DNA from: Flavobacteriaceae bacterium
Lineage (GTDB): Bacteria > Bacteroidota > Bacteroidia > Flavobacteriales > Flavobacteriaceae
Direction: 5' to 3'
Assembly: GCA_019752245.1 (NCBI GenBank)
Contig: JAIEMH010000249.1
Location: 1-32,046 of the forward strand
Length of the DNA stretch: 32,046 nt
Notes under the pieces: generated by a model
The model's input: the letters and a program-made list of their open reading frames with translations, nothing else
Told to the model about the DNA's origin: nothing
The model's database searches: none
Shown here: piece after piece, positions 25,671 through 32,046 of the stretch
Position numbering within the stretch: the first letter of the stretch is position 1
How the letters are laid out: every line of letters starts with the position of its first letter
Made by a program: the position numbers and the translations under genes

Positions 25671-25744
25671 GCCAGCGTAGCTCAGTTGGCTAGAGCAGCT
25701 GATTTGTAATCAGCAGGTCGTGGGTTCGAGTCCCTCCGCCGGCT
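25671..25744 (+). tRNA. tRNA-Thr (anticodon UGU), CCA not encoded
   Basis: Cloverleaf: GCTC/GAGC D stem, GCTGA-TTTGTAA-TCAGC anticodon arm (TGT at 25705-25707), TTCGAGT T loop; mismatches A4:C69 and U50:U64. Confidence 0.95.
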
Positions 25745-25750
25745 CTTCGT

Positions 25751-25781
25751 AAAACCATCACAGTAATGTGATGGTTTTTTT
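25751..25781 (+). terminator. Terminator after tRNA-Thr
   Basis: AAAACCATCACA-GTAA-TGTGATGGTTTT perfect stem plus T run. Confidence 0.85.
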
Positions 25782-25798
25782 ATTTGTATTAAATCCAT

Positions 25799-25836
25799 AA
25801 AAAAAATCCGTCTAATTAAAAAAACTAGACGGATTT
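25799..25836 (-). terminator. Terminator of the transketolase operon
   Basis: AAATCCGTCTA / TAGACGGATTT stem with an A run on the left (U run on the minus strand). Confidence 0.8.
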
Positions 25837-25857
25837 GATATTTATTACTTAAAGATA

Positions 25858-26811
25858 TTATTTTCTCTTAATTACTCTTTCTACTGCTTCAACAATAGCT
25901 TCGTTATTAAGTTTGTATTTCTCCATTAATTGTTCAGGAGTTCCGCTTTCACCAAATGAATCTTGAACGGCAACAAATTCTTGTGGTGTTGGATTATTTA
26001 ATGCTAATGTTCTAGCAACACTTTCTCCCAAACCGCCTAGAATATTATGTTCTTCAGCTGTAACTATACAACCTGTTTTAGCCACTGATTTTAGAATTGC
26101 TTCTTCATCCAAAGGTTTAATGGTGTGAATGTTGATTACTTCAGCCGAAATTCCTTTTGCTTCTAATGCTTCTGCTGCAATTAATGCTTCCCAAACTAAA
26201 TGACCTGTAGCGATAATGGTTACATCGGTTCCTTCGTTTAATAGGATAGCTTTTCCAATTACGAAAGGTTCGTCAGCTGGCATAAAATTTGGTACAACTG
26301 GGCGTCCAAAACGCAAATAAGCTGGTCCATGATGATCTGCTAAAGCTAATGTTGCTGCTTTTGTTTGATTGTAATCGCAAGTGTTGATTACCGTCATTCC
26401 TGGCAACATTTTCATCAATCCAATATCTTCTAATATTTGGTGTGTTGCACCATCTTCACCAAGAGTTAAACCTGCGTGAGAAGCACAAATTTTTACATTT
26501 TTATCAGAATAGGCAACCGATTGACGAATTTGATCATAAACTCTTCCTGTAGAAAAGTTAGCGAATGTTCCTGTAAATGGAATTTTGCCGCCAATTGTTA
26601 ATCCAGCTGCAATTCCAATCATGTTAGCTTCTGCAATTCCAATTTGGAAAAAGCGCTCTGGATGATTTTTTTTGAAATCGTCAAACTTTAACGAACCAAT
26701 TAAATCAGCGCAAAGTGCAACAACATTTTCATTTTTTTGTCCTAGTTCGGTCATTCCTGCGCCGAATCCTGAACGTGTATCTTTACTTCCTGTGTTTGTA
26801 TATTTTTTCAT
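25858..26811 (-). CDS. Transketolase, C-terminal subunit
   Basis: [38 protein letters not shown]. Confidence 0.95.
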   Translation of the reverse strand: MKKYTNTGSKDTRSGFGAGMTELGQKNENVVALCADLIGSLKFDDFKKNHPERFFQIGIAEANMIGIAAGLTIGGKIPFTGTFANFSTGRVYDQIRQSVAYSDKNVKICASHAGLTLGEDGATHQILEDIGLMKMLPGMTVINTCDYNQTKAATLALADHHGPAYLRFGRPVVPNFMPADEPFVIGKAILLNEGTDVTIIATGHLVWEALIAAEALEAKGISAEVINIHTIKPLDEEAILKSVAKTGCIVTAEEHNILGGLGESVARTLALNNPTPQEFVAVQDSFGESGTPEQLMEKYKLNNEAIVEAVERVIKRK

Positions 26812-26815
26812 AATT

Positions 26816-27661
26816 CTAGTAGTCTCCTAAAGTTGCTGCGTTTTGTCCTAATGCATTTGCTAATTGTTCGTCACTTGGTGCTTTTCCATGCCAAGCATGA
26901 GTATGCATCATAAAATCTACACCATTACCCATTTCTGTATGAAGAATTACACAAACTGGTTTTCCTTTACCAGTTCTTGATTTAGCTTCGTTCATACCCG
27001 TGATAATTGCTTCAATGTTATTTCCTTCAGTAATTTCTAAGACATCCCAATCGAAAGCTTCAAATTTAGCTTTCAAGTTGCCCATGTTTAAAACGTCTTT
27101 GGTAGAACCGTCAATTTGTTGACCATTGTAATCAACAGTTGCGATTAAATTATCTACATTTTTTGCTGAAGCATACATAATCGCTTCCCAGTTTTGACCT
27201 TCTTGCAATTCACCATCACCAGTAAGAGCAAATACTAAATTAGAGTCATTGTTCAATTTTTTTGCTTGAGCAGCGCCAATTGCAACAGATAGTCCTTGTC
27301 CTAATGAACCTGAAGCAACTCTTACACCAGGTAAACCTTCGTGAGTTGTTGGATGGCCTTGCAAACGTGTATTTAATTTTCTGAATGTAGCTAATTCTGA
27401 AACTGGAAAATAGCCGCTTCTTGCTAAAACGCTGTAAAAAACTGGAGAGATATGACCGTTTGATAAGAAGAATACATCTTCATTTGTACCGTTCATGTCA
27501 AATCCTTCGTTGCGTTTCATGATGTCTTGGTAAAGTGCCACTAAAAATTCTGCGCAACCAAGAGAACCTCCTGGATGACCTGAATTTACGGCATGAACCA
27601 TGCGAAGAATGTCTCTTCGTACTTGTGTTGTAAAATCTTGTAGTTGTTGAATGTTAGACAT
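26816..27661 (-). CDS. Transketolase, N-terminal (TPP-binding) subunit
   Basis: [41 protein letters not shown]. Confidence 0.95.
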   Translation of the reverse strand: MSNIQQLQDFTTQVRRDILRMVHAVNSGHPGGSLGCAEFLVALYQDIMKRNEGFDMNGTNEDVFFLSNGHISPVFYSVLARSGYFPVSELATFRKLNTRLQGHPTTHEGLPGVRVASGSLGQGLSVAIGAAQAKKLNNDSNLVFALTGDGELQEGQNWEAIMYASAKNVDNLIATVDYNGQQIDGSTKDVLNMGNLKAKFEAFDWDVLEITEGNNIEAIITGMNEAKSRTGKGKPVCVILHTEMGNGVDFMMHTHAWHGKAPSDEQLANALGQNAATLGDY

Positions 27662-27688
27662 TTTATGTAGTTATAAATTATAATGGTG

Positions 27689-27696
27689 CAAAAGTA
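27689..27696 (-). promoter_or_regulatory. -7 box TACTTTTG for transketolase
   Basis: Exact TAnnTTTG on the minus strand. Confidence 0.65.
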
Positions 27697-27838
27697 ATTT
27701 TATTTTTTTGGTAGGGCAAAAGATTTTGTTATAAGTTATTAATACTCTTAATCTTTAAATTATATAACATTGAAGAATTATTGTGTAAAATAAGTGCTAG
27801 TCATCTTAGATAATTTTACAATCATAAAGTTACACGCT

Positions 27839-28243
27839 ATGGAAAATTCAAAAAAAATATTTTATTTAGACGACGATTTAGATGATTTAGGATTCTTTAA
27901 AGAAATTGGAGATGATTTAGGATATCAAGTTACAGTATTTCTTGATGGAAAACAAATGTTACGAATGCTTGATAATGAAGATGAACGACCTGCAATTATT
28001 ATCTTAGATATTCACATGCCAGTTTTAAATGGTGAAGAAATACTAGAAATTATTAGAAAAGATGAAAAATTACTTGATATTCCAATTGTAATGATTTCGG
28101 GTGCCTATCCAAAAAAATTAGTAAAAAATTATAATAATATGGGCGTTAGGTATTTGTTGAAAAGAAACAATTTCAAAGAGTTTAAGGTTGCTATTGAACA
28201 GGTTTTAGAAGATTCATTAGCGGCTAAAATAAATGTAAAATAA
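27839..28243 (+). CDS. Stand-alone response regulator receiver-domain protein
   Basis: YLDDD, IILDIHMPVLNG (phospho-Asp), IPIVMIS, YLLK; ATG 27839. Confidence 0.9.
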   Translation: MENSKKIFYLDDDLDDLGFFKEIGDDLGYQVTVFLDGKQMLRMLDNEDERPAIIILDIHMPVLNGEEILEIIRKDEKLLDIPIVMISGAYPKKLVKNYNNMGVRYLLKRNNFKEFKVAIEQVLEDSLAAKINVK

Positions 28244-28267
28244 AAAGAACATTTTTTTTATTATTAG

Positions 28268-28306
28268 AAGCTAGCAGTCATTTTTTTGATTGCTAGTTTT
28301 TTTTTT
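28268..28306 (+). terminator. Terminator after the response regulator
   Basis: AAGCTAGCAGTCA / TGATTGCTAGTTT stem plus a long T run. Confidence 0.8.
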
Positions 28307-28364
28307 TAAATCATAAATACTTATTAAAAAACAGTATTTCATAATCTTAATTTCATAATTATAA

Positions 28365-28372
28365 TATCTTTG
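28365..28372 (+). promoter_or_regulatory. -7 box TATCTTTG for tgt
   Basis: Exact TAnnTTTG 17 nt before the ATG. Confidence 0.65.
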
Positions 28373-28389
28373 TCGCTTCAATTATTTTT

Positions 28390-29520
28390 ATGAAATTCGA
28401 TTTATTACAAAAAGACCCAAATTCTAAAGCCCGAGCTGGAAAAATAACTACCGATCATGGTGTTATTGAAACACCTATTTTTATGCCTGTTGGAACTGTT
28501 GCTTCTGTAAAAGGAGTGCACCAGCGCGAATTAAAAGAGGAAATTAATCCTGATATTATTCTTGGCAATACCTATCATTTATATTTGCGTCCACAAACAG
28601 AAATTCTTGAAAAAGCTGGTGGATTGCATAAATTTATGAATTGGGATAGAAATATTTTAACCGATTCTGGTGGATATCAAGTATATTCTCTTTCGGCAAA
28701 TAGAAAAATTAAGGAAGAAGGAGTAAAATTTAAATCACATATTGACGGATCGTATCATTTTTTTACACCCGAAAATGTGATGGAAATTCAGCGTACAATT
28801 GGTGCCGATATTATCATGGCTTTTGACGAATGTACACCTTATCCGTGTGATTATCGATATGCGCAACGTTCTATGAAAATGACACATCGTTGGTTGGATA
28901 GATGTATCAATCATTTAGATAAAGTTCCTGTAAAATATGGTTATGATCAAGCATTTTTTCCAATAGTTCAGGGAAGTACTTATAAAGATTTGAGAATGCA
29001 AAGTGCCGAGTATATTGCCAATTCTAATCAAGTTGGAAATGCAATTGGTGGATTGTCAGTAGGTGAGCCAGCAGAAGAAATGTATGCAATGACTGAAGTT
29101 GTTTGTGATATTCTTCCAGAAGAAAAACCACGTTACTTGATGGGTGTTGGTACACCAATTAATATTCTAGAAAATATTGCGCTTGGTGTGGATATGTTTG
29201 ATTGTGTGATGCCAACTCGTAATGCCAGAAATGGAATGTTATTTACAGCTAACGGTACAATTAACATAAAAAACAAAAAGTGGGAAGCCGATTTTTCTCC
29301 AATTGATGAAATGGGAATCACATTTGTTGATACAGAATACACTAAAGCATATTTACGTCACTTGTTTGCTGCCAATGAGTATCTTGGTAAGCAAATAGCG
29401 ACAATACATAATTTAGGTTTTTACATGTGGTTGGTTCGTGAAGCTAGAAAACATATTTTAGCTGGAGATTTCAGAGTTTGGAAAGAAATGATGGTAAAAC
29501 AAATGAGCCAACGATTATAG
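28390..29520 (+). CDS. tgt: Queuine tRNA-ribosyltransferase (tRNA-guanine transglycosylase)
   Basis: ETPIFMPVGT, GNTYHL, TDSGGYQ, MAFDEC, IVQG, GGLSVGE, RYLMGVG, DMFDCVMPTR. Confidence 0.98.
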   Translation: MKFDLLQKDPNSKARAGKITTDHGVIETPIFMPVGTVASVKGVHQRELKEEINPDIILGNTYHLYLRPQTEILEKAGGLHKFMNWDRNILTDSGGYQVYSLSANRKIKEEGVKFKSHIDGSYHFFTPENVMEIQRTIGADIIMAFDECTPYPCDYRYAQRSMKMTHRWLDRCINHLDKVPVKYGYDQAFFPIVQGSTYKDLRMQSAEYIANSNQVGNAIGGLSVGEPAEEMYAMTEVVCDILPEEKPRYLMGVGTPINILENIALGVDMFDCVMPTRNARNGMLFTANGTINIKNKKWEADFSPIDEMGITFVDTEYTKAYLRHLFAANEYLGKQIATIHNLGFYMWLVREARKHILAGDFRVWKEMMVKQMSQRL

Positions 29521-29568
29521 AAAGTTTAATGGTTTAAAAGTTTATGAGTTTAAAAGTTCTTGAGTATT
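29521..29568. repeat. Degenerate 8-bp tandem repeat (NNNGTTTA x6)
   Basis: AAAGTTTA ATGGTTTA AAAGTTTA TGAGTTTA AAAGTTCT TGAGTATT. Confidence 0.75.
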
Positions 29569-29605
29569 ACAACAACATTAAACCGGCTTAAACAACTAAA
29601 AAAGT

Positions 29606-30691
29606 ATGCTAACAATAATAGATAAATACATTTTAAAACGCTATTTGGCCACATTTTCAGTAATGTTGTTGATGTTTATTCCTATTGGAATTACCATTGA
29701 TGTTTCTGAAAAAGTCAATAAAATGATTGAGAACAAAGTTCCTTTCAAAGCTATTGCAATGTATTATGTTGATTTTACAATTTATTTTGCAAACCTGCTT
29801 TTTCCAATATTTCTATTTTTATCTATCATTTGGTTTACTTCAAAACTTGCCAATAATACTGAGGTTATTGCAATTTTAAGTTCGGGAATTTCATTTACTA
29901 GATTTTTAAGACCTTATATTATTGGAGCAACATTTGTCTCCATCTTTGCTTTGATAATGGGATTTTTTCTAGTTCCAAGGGCTAGTGAAGGTTTTAAAAA
30001 TTTTAGGTATGATTATTTAATAGGTAATGGTGTAAACGAAAAACGTGACAATAGTGATGTTTACAGACAAATTAGCGCTGATGAATATATTTATGTAAGC
30101 AGTTTTAATTCTATTTCAAAAATGGCTTTCAATTTTTCTATGGAAAAATTTGAAAAAGATAAGTTAAAATATAAAATAACAGCTAATAGAATTAAGTTTA
30201 ATGAAAAAGACAGCACCTATTCTTTGTTTGATTTTAAGAAAAGAAAAGTAGGAGAGTTTGGCGATATTATTGAAACATCTGTCAAGAAAGATACTGTTTT
30301 TAAATTTGATTTAGAAGATTTAACACCAGTTGTTTACATTGCAGAAACTTTATCTTATTTTGATTTAATTAAGTTTATCGAAAAAGAAAAAGAAAGAGGT
30401 TCAACCAATATCAATGTTTATTTGGTTGTTTTGTATAAAAAGTACAGCATTCCCATATCGGCATTTATATTGACCATTATTGCTGTTGCTGTTTCTTCTA
30501 TGAAACGTCGTGGCGGAATGGGAATCAATCTTGCTATTGGTATTTTATTGGCTTTTGCCTTTGTCTTTCTGGATAAGGTTTTTGGAGTTCTTGCTGAAAA
30601 ATCAAGTGCTCCGCCAATTATTGCTGTTTGGATACCCAATATAGTTTTCGGAATTTTAGCCATATATCTTCTACGGAATGCTAAGCGATAA
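29606..30691 (+). CDS. LptF/LptG-family LPS export permease
   Basis: IIDKYILKRYL, LANNTEVIAILSSGIS, 3+3 TM layout around a periplasmic domain, AVWIPNIVF. Confidence 0.92.
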   Translation: MLTIIDKYILKRYLATFSVMLLMFIPIGITIDVSEKVNKMIENKVPFKAIAMYYVDFTIYFANLLFPIFLFLSIIWFTSKLANNTEVIAILSSGISFTRFLRPYIIGATFVSIFALIMGFFLVPRASEGFKNFRYDYLIGNGVNEKRDNSDVYRQISADEYIYVSSFNSISKMAFNFSMEKFEKDKLKYKITANRIKFNEKDSTYSLFDFKKRKVGEFGDIIETSVKKDTVFKFDLEDLTPVVYIAETLSYFDLIKFIEKEKERGSTNINVYLVVLYKKYSIPISAFILTIIAVAVSSMKRRGGMGINLAIGILLAFAFVFLDKVFGVLAEKSSAPPIIAVWIPNIVFGILAIYLLRNAKR

Positions 30692-31559
30692 TTCTAAAAG
30701 TTACCTTCATCTTCATCTGATAGTTTTCATTTGGGGTTTCACTGCTATTTTAGGAAGATTAATAACGCTTGATGCTTTGCCGTTGGTTTGGTTTAGAATG
30801 TTATTTGCAGTAGTTTTTATTTTTGTTTATATCAGAATTAAGAAAATTCCAATCGCTATATCCAAAAAAGTAATTTTGAAATTTCTAGTTGCTGGACTTA
30901 TTATTGCACTACATTGGTTTACTTTTTTTAGAGCTATAAAGGTTTCTAATGTTTCTATAACTTTGGCTTGTTTGTCTACAGGAGCTTTTTTCACTTCATT
31001 AATTGAGCCTATTTTCTTTGGAAAGAAGATTGTTTGGTATGAAATTTTCTTCGGATTAATTGTTGTTTTCGGACTTTCAATTATCTTTAATGTAGAAGGT
31101 CATTATACAGAAGGTATCCTTCTTGCTTTGACATCGGCTTTTTTATCGGCTTCCTTTGCAGTTATCAATAGTAAATTTGTGAAAGAGTATGATCCAACAG
31201 TTATTTCTTTCTATGAGCTTTCTGGTGGCGTATTGTTTTTTTCTGTTTTCTTATTGTTTACAAATAGTTTCAATGCCGATTTTTTTCAATTAACAACTTC
31301 TGATTTTGTTTATTTGCTTATTTTGAGTTCTGTTTGTACTGCTTATGCGTTTATAGCTTCTACGGCAGTAATGAAGTTTTTGACCCCATACACAGTGATG
31401 CTAACAATAAATCTTGAACCCATTTACGGAATCATTCTAGCGGTTTTAATTTTTAAAGATAAAGAGCAAATGAGTCCAGCTTTTTATGTTGGAGCACTAA
31501 TAATTTTGATTACAGTGATTTTAAACGGAATTATAAAAAGCAGAGCAAAAGCAACTTAG
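30678..31559 (+). CDS. DMT/EamA-family transporter
   Basis: About 10 TM helices, IWGFT, HWFTFF.AIK, NLEPIYGI; overlaps lptF/G by 14 nt. Confidence 0.9.
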   Translation: MLSDNSKSYLHLHLIVFIWGFTAILGRLITLDALPLVWFRMLFAVVFIFVYIRIKKIPIAISKKVILKFLVAGLIIALHWFTFFRAIKVSNVSITLACLSTGAFFTSLIEPIFFGKKIVWYEIFFGLIVVFGLSIIFNVEGHYTEGILLALTSAFLSASFAVINSKFVKEYDPTVISFYELSGGVLFFSVFLLFTNSFNADFFQLTTSDFVYLLILSSVCTAYAFIASTAVMKFLTPYTVMLTINLEPIYGIILAVLIFKDKEQMSPAFYVGALIILITVILNGIIKSRAKAT

Positions 31560-31613
31560 CTGTTTGTTTAAAACTTATCGTGTAAAATTACTTTTACAGA
31601 ACATTTAAAATTT

Positions 31614-31621
31614 TATCTTTG
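31614..31621 (+). promoter_or_regulatory. -7 box TATCTTTG for accA
   Basis: Exact TAnnTTTG. Confidence 0.6.
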
Positions 31622-31653
31622 TAGTTCGAATTTTAATTAATCGTACAAATCCT

Positions 31654-32046
31654 ATGGAATATTTAGATTTTGAACTTCCTATAAAAGAATTGGAAGACCA
31701 GTTAGACAAATGTCAAATAATTGGTCAAGAATCAGACGTTGATGTTACCAATACTTGCAAACAAATTGAAAAAAAATTAGACGAAACTAAACGTAAAATA
31801 TACAAAAACCTAACTGCTTGGCAACGTGTGCAATTATCGCGTCATCCAAACAGACCTTATACAATGGATCATATCAATGCTTTGTGCGGCGATACTTTTT
31901 TGGAACTTTTTGGAGACAGAGGTTTCAAAGATGACAAAGCCATGGTTGGTGGTTTAGGTAAAATTGACGGACAATCGTTTATGGTTATTGGTCAACAAAA
32001 AGGCTTCAATACCAAGACACGTCAGTACAGAAATTTTGGAATGGCA
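31654..32046 (+). CDS. accA: Acetyl-CoA carboxylase carboxyltransferase alpha subunit; runs off the window edge
   Basis: Not in the ORF track. Reads [14 protein letters not shown]...[18 protein letters not shown]...[14 protein letters not shown]...IGQQKG...RNFGMA. Confidence 0.97.
   Translation, partial: MEYLDFELPIKELEDQLDKCQIIGQESDVDVTNTCKQIEKKLDETKRKIYKNLTAWQRVQLSRHPNRPYTMDHINALCGDTFLELFGDRGFKDDKAMVGGLGKIDGQSFMVIGQQKGFNTKTRQYRNFGMA

Noticed and set aside
25671-25744. tRNA-Thr as a pseudogene
   Set aside because: D, anticodon and T loops are canonical and it has a promoter box and terminator; two mismatches are not enough to call it inactive.
1761-27838. Longest-ORF starts at 1761, 7852, 9318, 12639, 16548, 19667, 21526 and 27794
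   Set aside because: Downstream ATGs give proper signal peptides or family N-termini; several of the extensions run through promoter boxes or hairpins.
10235-30663. Remaining short overlapping ORFs (10235, 12721, 16238, 16637, 19908, 20339, 21307, 22739, 29133, 30418)
   Set aside because: All lie wholly or mostly within confidently assigned genes; 16238-16474 also crosses the structured repeat and shows no protein-like features.

Overview
AT-rich Bacteroidota DNA, very likely Flavobacterium (TAnnTTTG promoter boxes, no Shine-Dalgarno noticed except a strong one at rpsU, SusC/SusD pair, PNGase F-II-like gene). Most of the window is core genome: lysS, lipB, rnhB, putative porin, cystathionine beta-synthase, DEDDh exonuclease, DUF2851, PspC, ComEA-like protein, acyl-CoA dehydrogenase, rpsU-xerC-hpf-tRNA-Thr(UGU), split transketolase, response regulator, tgt-lptF/G-EamA and partial accA. 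The most notable region is 441-3885, a four-gene putative copper-handling operon. It comprises a probably leaderless ORF with a signal segment, CxxxCH and a C-terminal FHPP (resembling CruR/CutF-type metal-sensing arrest peptides), an MbnP-like WxW lipoprotein, an MbnH/MauG-type di-heme enzyme and an outer-membrane barrel with a CxxCxC motif. Other points: two copies of a structured intergenic element with a compensatory base change (Flavo-1-like), a tRNA-Thr with an acceptor-stem mismatch at an apparent synteny break, promoters nested in terminators, and short 7-8-mer tandem arrays. All family assignments come from motif recognition by eye; no searches were run.
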